DNA of 64,000 nucleotides from an uncultured virus (IMG/VR IMGVR_UViG_3300008050_007680) (Duplodnaviria; Heunggongvirae; Uroviricota; Caudoviricetes): positions 1 to 64,000 of IMG/VR virus record IMGVR_UViG_3300008050_007680, one strand, 5' to 3'. Each line of letters starts with the position of its first letter. The stretch's first letter is position 1. The translations under genes were made by a program, and so were the position numbers. A model generated the notes under the pieces. It was not told where the DNA came from, searched no databases, and saw nothing but the letters and a program-made list of their open reading frames with translations. Shown here in pieces: positions 1 to 8,409 of this stretch.

Positions 1-10
1 ATGAGCATGA

Positions 11-250
11 GTGATGAAACCGGGTGATTTAGTCGTAATACCAGGAAGATGTATAGTTATAAACTATAACATAATCCCATTATCGGAATCTGACCCACCC
101 TATAAGGGTGCGTACATAATTATGCCAACTACACTCATGATTGTTTTATCACATGATAAGCATATATACAAAATTTATCATGATGGTAATATTCTATCAT
201 TTAGAACAGAAAGGATGCCACCCAAGAAGGTAGCCTCTGTAGGGATATAG
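11..250 (+). CDS. small hypothetical protein, KOW/SH3-like start (MKPGDLVVI)
   Basis: ORF with K-x-G-D-L-V N-terminus; stop codon overlaps the 5' end of tRNA-Gln. Confidence 0.55.
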   Translation: MMKPGDLVVIPGRCIVINYNIIPLSESDPPYKGAYIIMPTTLMIVLSHDKHIYKIYHDGNILSFRTERMPPKKVASVGI

Positions 251-311
251 TTCAGTGGCAGAATGTCACACTCTGACTGTGAAGACTGGGGTTCGAACCC
301 CCATATCCCCA
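241..311 (+). tRNA. tRNA-Gln(CTG)
   Basis: Hand-folded cloverleaf: acceptor AGGGATA/TATCCCC (A1-C72 mismatch), D stem GTTC/GAAT, anticodon arm TCACA-CT CTG AC-TGTGA, T arm TGGGG-TTCGAAC-CCCCA; no encoded CCA. Confidence 0.9.
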
Positions 312-314
312 TAC

Positions 315-388
315 ACCAGCGAAGCATAAATAGCATATGCATCGGTCTCATAAGCCGAAGATAAAGGGTGCAAGTCCCTTGGCTGGTA
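315..388 (+). tRNA. tRNA with CAT anticodon (Met or Ile2), non-canonical
   Basis: Acceptor ACCAGCG/GGCTGGT, D stem GCAT/ATGC, anticodon arm TCGGT-CT CAT AA-GCCGA, T arm AAGGG-TGCAAGT-CCCTT; no CCA. Confidence 0.8.
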
Positions 389-391
389 TTT

Positions 392-462
392 GCCACTCTA
401 GTACAAAGGAAGTATACTTGTTTCGTAATCAAGTGATGGGAATTCGATTTTCCCGAGTGGCT
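392..462 (+). tRNA. tRNA-Thr(CGT)
   Basis: Acceptor GCCACTC/GAGTGGC, D stem GTAC/GTAT, anticodon arm CTTGT-TT CGT AA-TCAAG, T arm GGGAA-TTCGATT-TTCCC; no CCA. Confidence 0.88.
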
Positions 463-469
463 TATTTCG

Positions 470-498
470 TGTAAATAGAAAATAATATGAATTAAAAT
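470..498 (+). promoter_or_regulatory. putative promoter TGTAAA-N17-TAAAAT
   Basis: Same architecture recurs at 1378, 7530, 9123 and 15014; ATG follows 5 nt later. Confidence 0.5.
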
Positions 499-503
499 AA
501 ATT

Positions 504-761
504 ATGAAACTTACAGAGGAAGTTGTATCCACAAAAATTGTACTTAAAGATGTCATTTGTAATCAATGTGGTGAATCTTTAAAAAACAACTCTGATCTCT
601 CCTATGAAGGTATAATAGAAGTTGGTAGCTATGGGGGTTATAACTCAATTATTGGTGATGGGTGTTTTTACGAATTTTCGCTATGTGAAACTTGTTTAAA
701 GCGGATGTTTAATACATTTAAGCATAGCCCATTCCAAGACCAGACAGAAGCGGACGAATAA
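504..761 (+). CDS. small zinc-finger-like protein
   Basis: CNQC...CETC pair. Confidence 0.7.
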   Translation: MKLTEEVVSTKIVLKDVICNQCGESLKNNSDLSYEGIIEVGSYGGYNSIIGDGCFYEFSLCETCLKRMFNTFKHSPFQDQTEADE

Positions 762-763
762 TT

Positions 764-1372
764 ATGACAGAACAAAAAATATGGTTTACATCAGATTTAC
801 ATTTTGGACACAAGAACATTCTAAAATATTGCCCCACGAGGAAATTCTCTTCCGTTGAAGAGATGGACGCGGGGATAGTTAAAAATTGGAATGAAGTTGT
901 TGGAAAGAATGACAAAACATATCTGTTAGGTGATGTGTCCTTTTACCATAAAGACAACAAAGGGCTTAATTTACTCAATCAACTGAATGGTGAAATATTT
1001 CTGGTGCGTGGAAACCATGATTACACAAAGAGTATCGAAGAATATGGTAGTCGATTTACGTGGATTAAAGACTATTATGAACTTACAGTAATGGACGAAA
1101 GCCTTAAGTATAGGACGGAAAGCGGTAAACTTCGTGGCGGTAAGCAGAAGATTATTTTATCACACTTCCCATTCTTAGTGTGGAATCACGGACATAATGG
1201 CGCTTGGAATCTCCATGGACATTCACATGGCTCGTTGCCTGATGATCCGAATGCATTGAGAATTGACGTTGGCGTTGATTGTCATGATTGCTATCCAGTT
1301 TCATATGAAGCTGTGAAAAAGTTAATGTCTGTCAAAACGTGGAAGCCCGTCGATCATCATGGAAATTTATAA
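764..1372 (+). CDS. calcineurin-like metallophosphoesterase
   Basis: SDLHFGH, LLGD, RGNHD and HGHSH motifs. Confidence 0.92.
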   Translation: MTEQKIWFTSDLHFGHKNILKYCPTRKFSSVEEMDAGIVKNWNEVVGKNDKTYLLGDVSFYHKDNKGLNLLNQLNGEIFLVRGNHDYTKSIEEYGSRFTWIKDYYELTVMDESLKYRTESGKLRGGKQKIILSHFPFLVWNHGHNGAWNLHGHSHGSLPDDPNALRIDVGVDCHDCYPVSYEAVKKLMSVKTWKPVDHHGNL

Positions 1373-1377
1373 TTTTG

Positions 1378-1406
1378 TGTATTTTTTAATATCTATGCTG
1401 TATTAT
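1378..1406 (+). promoter_or_regulatory. putative promoter TGTATT-N17-TATTAT
   Basis: Recurring motif; ATG 6 nt downstream, no Shine-Dalgarno. Confidence 0.5.
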
Positions 1407-1412
1407 TAATAC

Positions 1413-1970
1413 ATGGTAAACTTAATAGGTGATGCATCAGACTTTGCTGTAAAACGCCATGGCGAACAAAAATATGGGCGAAAACCCTATCATGTACATT
1501 TATTAGATGTCGTTAATGTGCAAAAGAGGTTCCACGATTGGTCAGAACTAACTCAAGAGTTGATTGACGCATCATGGTTGCATGATACAATTGAAGATAC
1601 TGATGTTACATATGGTGACATTTTGTTCTCCTTTAACCGAAAGACGGCCGATCTTGTTTTTGCTGTTTCAAATGAAGAGGGCAAAACAAGAAAAGAAAGA
1701 CACATTCGTGTTTATTCAAAAATTAGAGGTACAGAACAAGCAATAATTTTAAAGCTTGCAGACCGTATTGCGAATATAGAACAATCTATAAGTTACGGCC
1801 GGATCGGCAGGAAGCCGCATAAATTGTTTTCAATGTATCTTAAAGAGTGGGAAGGCTTTCAAAAAGCTCTTCGTGGTCGTTGTGCAGGAGAATCGTATAT
1901 TGCTAGAGCAATGTGGGAACATCTAGACGAACTCTTCATTATTGGTAAAGAAAACTTGGTCAGTGAATGA
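1413..1970 (+). CDS. HD-domain protein, RelA/SpoT hydrolase-like (small alarmone hydrolase/Mesh1-type)
   Basis: HGEQ, PYHVHL, WLHDTIEDT and KLADRIAN motifs; no synthetase domain. Confidence 0.85.
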   Translation: MVNLIGDASDFAVKRHGEQKYGRKPYHVHLLDVVNVQKRFHDWSELTQELIDASWLHDTIEDTDVTYGDILFSFNRKTADLVFAVSNEEGKTRKERHIRVYSKIRGTEQAIILKLADRIANIEQSISYGRIGRKPHKLFSMYLKEWEGFQKALRGRCAGESYIARAMWEHLDELFIIGKENLVSE

Positions 1971-2575
1971 AAAGATATCCTACTATACCCAAAGATATAA
2001 ACAGAAGCATTGATGTTTATGCATTTGATAAGCTGGATGGCTCAAATATAAGGGCGGAATGGACTAGGAAAGCAAAAGTTTTTTCAAAATTTGGAACTAG
2101 AAAAAGGCTTCTTGATAAAAATGAAAAGCCTTTGGGCGAAGCTTGCAACTTGATTATTGAAAAATATCAAGCTGACTTAACAAAAATCTTCGTAAAAGAA
2201 CGTTGGGAAAAGGTTATTTGTTTTTTTGAATTTTTTGGTGAGAATTCGTTTGCAGGAAACCACGAAGATGAACCTCATAATGTAATTTTATTTGATGTTA
2301 ACCCTCATAAAAAAGGGATTTTGCGACCAAAAGAGTTTTTATCAAAATTTGCACATTTAGACATACCAGAGCTTCTCTACCACGGGAAAGCAAATAGGGA
2401 GTTTCAAGAGCAAGTAACATCAGCCACCCTACCAGGAATGACGTTTGAGGGTGTTGTATGTAAATCAAACATAAAGCATAACCCAATAACTTTTAAAATA
2501 AAAAATGCACGCTGGATTAAGAAGCTTAAAGAAATGTATAAAGGTAATGATGCTTTAATAGAAGAATTGCTATAA
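1967..2575 (+). CDS. ATP-dependent RNA ligase-like nucleotidyltransferase
   Basis: Motif I KLDGSN, FEFFG, LFDV, EGVVCK, FKIK; no DNA-ligase OB domain evident. Confidence 0.8.
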   Translation: MKRYPTIPKDINRSIDVYAFDKLDGSNIRAEWTRKAKVFSKFGTRKRLLDKNEKPLGEACNLIIEKYQADLTKIFVKERWEKVICFFEFFGENSFAGNHEDEPHNVILFDVNPHKKGILRPKEFLSKFAHLDIPELLYHGKANREFQEQVTSATLPGMTFEGVVCKSNIKHNPITFKIKNARWIKKLKEMYKGNDALIEELL

Positions 2576-2898
2576 TGAAAAAGAATAAGCTTAAAAAATT
2601 ACGCACCAAATTTCGGAATGACGTTTTTCAAAGAGATAAAAATTTATGTGTCATTTGTCAAGCAGCCGCTGTAGATGCTCATCATATAACTGACAGGCAT
2701 GAAATGCCCAACGGAGGCTACGTCAAAGAGAATGGTATCTCGCTGTGTGCTTTAGATCATACAAGAGCAGAGATGTTTCATAGAAGTGAAAAAGAAACAT
2801 GGTTTCAAGATGCCCATCCAGACGATCTTTATAGGTTAATTGGTTCATCTCACGATTTAGCATTAAAAAAATCTGAAGCGTTATCCGAGGGAGTTTAG
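2575..2898 (+). CDS. HNH endonuclease-like protein
   Basis: VFQRD..CVIC..DAHHI..NGISLC..H. Confidence 0.8.
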   Translation: MKKNKLKKLRTKFRNDVFQRDKNLCVICQAAAVDAHHITDRHEMPNGGYVKENGISLCALDHTRAEMFHRSEKETWFQDAHPDDLYRLIGSSHDLALKKSEALSEGV

Positions 2899-2900
2899 CT

Positions 2901-3215
2901 ATGGTCGGAACAGACAATAAAACTATCGAAGAAACTAACACGAAAGACGAAGAAAAATTTGAAGAGCCAAAGATGTACAAAGTCGTTCTACATAACGATG
3001 ATTATACGCCTATGGATTTTGTTTCAAAGATACTTTGCCAAGTATTTCATATGCAAGAAGCTGCAGCCGATAGTGTAACACTAGCAGTCCATGAGAAAGG
3101 TAAGGGTATCGCGGGTGTCTTTACAAAAGAGATAGCAGAAATGAAGGTAGCGACTACCAAGTTTTTATCAAAAAAATTTGAGCATCCTCTGGAAACAACA
3201 ATGGAACAAGAATAG
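2901..3215 (+). CDS. clpS: ATP-dependent Clp protease adaptor ClpS
   Basis: PKMYKVVLHNDDYTPMDFV, VHEKGKGIAG, EIAEMK, HPL. Confidence 0.95.
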   Translation: MVGTDNKTIEETNTKDEEKFEEPKMYKVVLHNDDYTPMDFVSKILCQVFHMQEAAADSVTLAVHEKGKGIAGVFTKEIAEMKVATTKFLSKKFEHPLETTMEQE

Positions 3216-3288
3216 TTATAAGAGCAATTAATGCACACTAGTTATTGTAAACAACACTTTACGCAATGCGATATGGGGACAATCAAGT

Positions 3289-4806
3289 ATGAAAAAAATT
3301 AATGCCGCAGGCATTTTATTGGGGTTGGGTATTGCTGCCACAGCAGGCTTTATTACAACCTCAGGTGACATCTCAGCAGGTCGGCTAACAGCGGACGGAA
3401 CAATCAAGATCGGTAACTCAGACCCTATTCCATTAGAGCTTGATTTAGCAATTAATTTCACCCCTGTGGACAGTGGCATCCATCAGGATGCTTCAATTCC
3501 AGACAGTGGCGTTTGGCCAGATGCTGCAGTGGCAGACAGTGGCGTTTGGCCAGATGCTGCAGTGGCAGACAGTGGAACATTACCCACTGCCTCATGTGTG
3601 TACCCTGGGTCGACTACTAAGATTGTACATTACTGCCCAAACGGAAATGACAATAATGACGGCTCAATTTCTTCACCCAAGGCTACGATGCAAGCACTCG
3701 GCAATGATATTCGAGCCATGAAGGTGTCGACGCAATTTCTTTTATGTAGAGGCGGAAGTTGGCCGGCGGGTTACAGGTTAAGACCATTGGCACAAAATGA
3801 CGCTAATGGTAACATTATTCATGCAACAGTTGGTGCGTATGGGCCAGTAAGCAGCCCCAATCCTGTCGTGAATGGTGCGATCAAAGTGATGGCTGGAGAT
3901 CCAACTACGATGTATGGTAACATATCATTTTTTGATCTTACGCTACGCGGAACTGGTGATGCAGACGGCAATGCTGGCTTTTTCTACTATAATAGTGTAA
4001 CTAACGTTGACATGTGCAATGTCGATGTTAGGGACTTTAACATTGGAGTTCAATTTGCTATGTGGGGAGGTAAAAACTTTATTTTACGAGAAAGCTATAT
4101 TGCTGACAATCACGGCCAGGGAGTTCTTGGAGCAGGAATTGATACTTACGTTTTGGGTAACATCTTTAAGAATAATGGCTATGCCACCGGAACAGGTAAG
4201 CAGGGTCACAACATGTACATTTCAGGCGGCTCAAACATCTTAGTTCAAGGTAATACCAGCCTTGATAATGGTCACGGACAGCCTGGTAAATGTACGCAGG
4301 TTGTGATTGCTGTTCATGGCGGAACTCAAAACAGAGTGCGTATCATTAATAATACTATCAAAGAGGTGCAAGGCACGGCTCAGCAGGGATGTTGGGGTAT
4401 CGCTATTGATGCCGCTTCGGCGGGTTCTAACGGCTGTATCGATTGTGAAATATCAAATAACCATATTGAAAACGTGGGTAATGTGGCAATTGCATTGCAG
4501 AATGCAAGTGGGTATAAAATTACGGGTAATACAATTATACACAAGGGTGCAGCTTTTGGTACAAAGGGCATCGCAGCTCCGTCAAGGCCGCCTGAAGATG
4601 GTGCGAGTGTCATCCTCTCTGCGGGCGCGGTATCAGGTAATACGTTGGATCTTGAAAGCGGATCATTATGTTTTCTTTATGGGCCTGCTGTGCTAAAATC
4701 ATCAGATAATAACACATGTGCAGCCGCATTTTTTGCAAATGATATGAATCTTACTGATTGGCAAGCGACAGGGTTTGATGCGAATTCAACATTTACGCAA
4801 CAGTAG
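3289..4806 (+). CDS. secreted or membrane-anchored right-handed beta-helix protein (pectate-lyase-like)
   Basis: Hydrophobic N-terminus, DSG/PDAA linker repeats, GNDNNDG.ISSP motif, many I.GN.I/I.NN.I rungs, HNMY. Confidence 0.75.
   Translation: MKKINAAGILLGLGIAATAGFITTSGDISAGRLTADGTIKIGNSDPIPLELDLAINFTPVDSGIHQDASIPDSGVWPDAAVADSGVWPDAAVADSGTLPTASCVYPGSTTKIVHYCPNGNDNNDGSISSPKATMQALGNDIRAMKVSTQFLLCRGGSWPAGYRLRPLAQNDANGNIIHATVGAYGPVSSPNPVVNGAIKVMAGDPTTMYGNISFFDLTLRGTGDADGNAGFFYYNSVTNVDMCNVDVRDFNIGVQFAMWGGKNFILRESYIADNHGQGVLGAGIDTYVLGNIFKNNGYATGTGKQGHNMYISGGSNILVQGNTSLDNGHGQPGKCTQVVIAVHGGTQNRVRIINNTIKEVQGTAQQGCWGIAIDAASAGSNGCIDCEISNNHIENVGNVAIALQNASGYKITGNTIIHKGAAFGTKGIAAPSRPPEDGASVILSAGAVSGNTLDLESGSLCFLYGPAVLKSSDNNTCAAAFFANDMNLTDWQATGFDANSTFTQQ
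3500..3575 (+). repeat. 33-bp in-frame tandem repeat (2.3 copies) encoding DSGVWPDAAVA
   Basis: CAGACAGTGGCGTTTGGCCAGATGCTGCAGTGG at 3500 and 3533, partial copy at 3566. Confidence 0.95.
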
Positions 4807-4835
4807 TTTAAAACTTAGGTTCTAAAGCTTAAATG

Positions 4836-4872
4836 AGGGCCAGTGTTTCTTAATTGAGATACTGGCCTTTGT
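4836..4872 (+). terminator. putative intrinsic terminator
   Basis: GGCCAGTGTTTC-loop-GAGATACTGGCC followed by a T-rich tract. Confidence 0.7.
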
Positions 4873-4927
4873 CATTTTTGATTTATATTTGTTGCATCTA
4901 GTTACCTATTGTTATATTTTAATTTAG

Positions 4928-5887
4928 ATGATAATCAAACCACATAATATATTAATTCTATTTGCCAGTTTAGCACTTACGCTAAATGCATGTTCAAATG
5001 ACAGACCAACAAGACCTGCAGGTAGGGTAACAACTAATGATGTTGTTGAAGCAAAGAAATTCCTCCTTGATGCTAAGTCTTTCAATTTGCAGCATGTTAT
5101 TGGCATGATTACAAACCAAAGTGTTACAGATCTTGGCGCTATCGAAACAGCAATTAACAAAGATGATGCTATTAGCTCTGTTGATCTTGATAAGGATGAT
5201 AAGACTGACTGGGTTGGTATAAACGAAAGAGAAGGCGGTGCAATTGACTTCGTTGCTTATAAATCAAGCAACCCGAATGGCCAGCCAACAGTAATAGCCT
5301 CGATTACTATTACAAGAAATGCCCAGACGAATGAAGCGTTTGTTTCAGGCGGGTATCCAGATTATGTTGAGGGCTTTGACAGTGGGTACTACGAGTCGTC
5401 TATGCCATGGCGGCCAAGGGTTGGTGGATTATATATAGGCTATGGGTACAGAACCTATGTTCCCCGACCAATGTTGAGTATTAGCGTACAACGCCAGCGC
5501 CGGATCTCTCTAGCAGCTAGGACAACTAGGACAACCAGAACGATTAAGCAGAAATCTCGGCCTGCACGTTTTAAAATTAAGTCTGCTGCGAAAACAAAGC
5601 AGCGACTAAAAGCACAGAGAACTAACGCCAGACCAGCCCCCAGGGGGACAACATTCGGATCACATGCAAATCAGACAACTAAGTTAAAGAACAGAGCCCC
5701 TACCAAGGCGAGGGCAAAGGCTACAGGTTTTGGTGCTAAGCGGCCTGCACCGAAGAGGCCAGCAGCTCGACCAGCGCCGAAGAGACCGACACGCAGCTTT
5801 TTTGGTGGATCATCTAGCCCATCAAGAAGTAGGAGTACTCCTTCTCGCAGAAGTCGCCCAACACGCTCTCGTTCGCGGCGCCGATAA
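4928..5887 (+). CDS. putative lipoprotein with EF-hand-like loop and Arg/Lys/Ser/Pro-rich tail
   Basis: Lipobox LNAC (Cys22), DLDKDDKTD loop, very basic C-terminal third. Confidence 0.7.
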   Translation: MIIKPHNILILFASLALTLNACSNDRPTRPAGRVTTNDVVEAKKFLLDAKSFNLQHVIGMITNQSVTDLGAIETAINKDDAISSVDLDKDDKTDWVGINEREGGAIDFVAYKSSNPNGQPTVIASITITRNAQTNEAFVSGGYPDYVEGFDSGYYESSMPWRPRVGGLYIGYGYRTYVPRPMLSISVQRQRRISLAARTTRTTRTIKQKSRPARFKIKSAAKTKQRLKAQRTNARPAPRGTTFGSHANQTTKLKNRAPTKARAKATGFGAKRPAPKRPAARPAPKRPTRSFFGGSSSPSRSRSTPSRRSRPTRSRSRRR

Positions 5888-5904
5888 TTAAAAGGAGATA
5901 ACTA

Positions 5905-6756
5905 ATGGATTGGAAAAAAGAGATGCTGTTTGCGACGATTATTTATCGTCTAGATCAAATTAATGAAGTAATACCCTTTATCACTGCTGGAACAGAATTC
6001 GAGTTTATTGATAAAGAGCTTCTTGAAATGTCAAGAGAAAATCTAATTGAACATGTAAGAAAAAATGATGAACTTGTTTGGCAAATTGCAGACAAAGGCA
6101 GAGTATTACAGGCAAACTTACTCAAAGTATATGATCAACTAATCAACTTTGAAGTGTTTTCAAACGTTAATCTCACTGTTGATTTACCAGAATCTTTTAA
6201 AGCCGGTTCAACAAATGACCCAAGATTCATTGTTCCTAGAGATGACATACAAAGTAATATGTGGCAGTCGGAGGACTTAAGGTTAGCTATGATAACCTTC
6301 TCTGCTGAGGCAATACATGAAGTTGACATGTCACCGCACAAGATCGTATTTTTGCAAAACCTAATCGATGGTTACCTAGAGACAGATAATCTTTGGGTTG
6401 ATTTAAAGTTTGACAGACCATTCAAAGAAGTTGAATCACTAGTTGATAATTCTTATAAGTGGACAAATGTAGCAGAAGACATTGAGGAAGCAAAGTCTGT
6501 CATGCAATCGATCTATACAGCTGGCATGCTTGAACAGCAATATAAAGATAGTATTGCTACTGGAAGCGATGAAGATGAGCTTGATGATAGTGAACTTGAA
6601 GAAGGGTTTGAAGATGAACTCGAAGAAGATGACGAATTTGAAGAGGAAGAATTCGAAACATTCGATATCATCGTTGAACCATATGGGTATTATGACCCAT
6701 ATGACCCGTATCTTGACTCAGGTGCATTTGGTGTTTTATCCGCTAGGCTGTGGTAA
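5905..6756 (+). CDS. hypothetical protein with acidic C-terminus and YDPY repeats
   Basis: AAGGAG RBS; D/E-rich tract; YYDPYDPY. Confidence 0.75.
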   Translation: MDWKKEMLFATIIYRLDQINEVIPFITAGTEFEFIDKELLEMSRENLIEHVRKNDELVWQIADKGRVLQANLLKVYDQLINFEVFSNVNLTVDLPESFKAGSTNDPRFIVPRDDIQSNMWQSEDLRLAMITFSAEAIHEVDMSPHKIVFLQNLIDGYLETDNLWVDLKFDRPFKEVESLVDNSYKWTNVAEDIEEAKSVMQSIYTAGMLEQQYKDSIATGSDEDELDDSELEEGFEDELEEDDEFEEEEFETFDIIVEPYGYYDPYDPYLDSGAFGVLSARLW

Positions 6757-6842
6757 TCACCACGTGAACCCCTAATACACAGAATATTTTAATATAATAC
6801 CCAATAATATTAATATAAAAGTTGACTAGACGTTAACACGGG

Positions 6843-6885
6843 AACCCAGGATATACTTTGATGTTATATCCTGGGTTTTTATTTA
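6843..6885 (+). terminator. intrinsic terminator
   Basis: 13-bp stem AACCCAGGATATA/TATATCCTGGGTT followed by TTTATTT. Confidence 0.85.
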
Positions 6886-6915
6886 TCCGGTGGTCTGGAT
6901 CATATATGATTATTT

Positions 6916-7293
6916 ATGAAAAATGATAAGCAAAAGCTTGCATATAGATGGATTTTAAATATTGATGGATTTAATAACTTTCTTTTAGTAAAAATATCTC
7001 GCCCGAAACTTCATTTTGATGAAACTGGACCTCATATAAAGCCTATAAAAATTACTGTTTTTGATGACTATGACGGCCTTAATGCTAAGGCAGTAATGGC
7101 ATGGTCGCATGCTTGGGAAACAGAAAAAGCTATAGAAATCAAGATGCTCGGTAGCAGTGGTGAAGTATTAGAAACCTGGAAATATACAGGCGTAAAACTA
7201 CACAAAGTTAAGTTTAGCACGCTTAATTATACTAAAAATAAGCCTTGTAAAATCAAGATAGCTGTTACGTATAAGGATGTCATTCTTGAATAA
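6916..7293 (+). CDS. short divergent tail tube (gp19-like) paralogue
   Basis: RWILNIDG..FLLVKISRP, PIKITVFD, AKAVMAW, IKMLGSSGEVLETW...G, F..LNY, I.V.Y follow the gp19-like tube pattern as recalled. Confidence 0.65.
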   Translation: MKNDKQKLAYRWILNIDGFNNFLLVKISRPKLHFDETGPHIKPIKITVFDDYDGLNAKAVMAWSHAWETEKAIEIKMLGSSGEVLETWKYTGVKLHKVKFSTLNYTKNKPCKIKIAVTYKDVILE

Positions 7294-7534
7294 TTGGTTT
7301 GTATATATTATAGTCTGTGCTGATGATTCATTATACACTGGGATTACGACAGACCTAAAAAGAAGACTGAAGGAACATAACTCTGGTAAGGGTGCTAAAT
7401 ACACTAGAGGTAGAACGCCCGTCACGTATCTAGCCTCAGTATCAGTTAAAAACAGATCAGAAGCCACAAAACTCGAGTACAGAGTTAAACAAACAAAAAA
7501 ATCACAAAAGCTTGATGTTTTATTAAAGATGTAA
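7277..7534 (+). CDS. GIY-YIG nuclease (UPF0213/YhbQ-like)
   Basis: VYIIVCADDSLYTGITTDLKRRLKEHNSGKGAKYTRGR. Confidence 0.92.
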   Translation: MSFLNNWFVYIIVCADDSLYTGITTDLKRRLKEHNSGKGAKYTRGRTPVTYLASVSVKNRSEATKLEYRVKQTKKSQKLDVLLKM

Positions 7535-7558
7535 TATTGCACTTTTGTGTTATATTTT
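7530..7558 (+). promoter_or_regulatory. putative promoter TGTAAT-N17-TATTTT
   Basis: Recurring motif; ATG 8 nt downstream. Confidence 0.45.
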
Positions 7559-7566
7559 AATATAAC

Positions 7567-8409
7567 ATGATGGATAATAAATACGGTTGCTGGCCAGGAA
7601 TTTTTGAGAAATATTACCTGCAGGGTAGCTTATCAAGTTCTGATTTAGAGAATTTTAATTTAATAAGTGACGAAGACTTACGACTAACATCAAAATTTCG
7701 CCAGCGGGCCCCCGCGATGTTACAAGCGCGTGATCGGGATGTCTTGTTTGCGATCATGCTTCTTTCTTCCTATACTCCATCTGACGCTAGAGCTGTTCTT
7801 TGGCAGATGAAGTGCCCGTTTAAACTAAGAGAAATCATCTGTACTGGAATTACGCACAAAGAAAATCATCGCCTTACCAAATTATTTGGAACAGAGCCTG
7901 TGCACCATGACTTGTTGTCTGCTCCCGCACCTGGTGCGGTTGAGGTTATAGTAATGACAGGGATTCCTGGCTCAGGAAAAGATACATGGATTCGTAACCA
8001 TGCGCCTGATCTTCCTATGGTTTCGCTTGACGCGATTAAAGAAGAAAATGGGTGGACGTTGGCCGACACCAACAAAGCTAAAAAAGTAAGCAGAGAGCGA
8101 ATGACTTCTCTCATAGAAAGCAAAGTGCCTTTCGTTTACAACGCTACAAATCTCACAAGAAAGAGTAGAAAAAAAATCACTGGCTTTCTTCTAAAACATA
8201 ATGTTAAAATTAAAATCGTGTATGTTGAAACGACATGCAAAAAGCAGTATTCACAAAACAAAAATAGGGATGCTGCTGTACCAGAAAGAGCTATTAACAG
8301 TATGCTAACATATTGGAGTGTACCACAAAGTGATGAGGGACATGAAGTCAGCTACTACGTAGAAGGAGAAGAAATTGAAAATACAAATTTTGTCAGATCT
8401 TCATTTTGA
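7567..8409 (+). CDS. P-loop polynucleotide-kinase-like protein (AAA_33) with helical N-terminal domain
   Basis: MTGIPGSGKDTW Walker A, SLDAI, NATNLTRKSR, QNKNR..VPE. Confidence 0.85.
   Translation: MMDNKYGCWPGIFEKYYLQGSLSSSDLENFNLISDEDLRLTSKFRQRAPAMLQARDRDVLFAIMLLSSYTPSDARAVLWQMKCPFKLREIICTGITHKENHRLTKLFGTEPVHHDLLSAPAPGAVEVIVMTGIPGSGKDTWIRNHAPDLPMVSLDAIKEENGWTLADTNKAKKVSRERMTSLIESKVPFVYNATNLTRKSRKKITGFLLKHNVKIKIVYVETTCKKQYSQNKNRDAAVPERAINSMLTYWSVPQSDEGHEVSYYVEGEEIENTNFVRSSF

Noticed and set aside
3500..3575. 33-bp repeat as a CRISPR array
   Set aside because: Copies are head-to-tail with no spacers and in frame within a CDS
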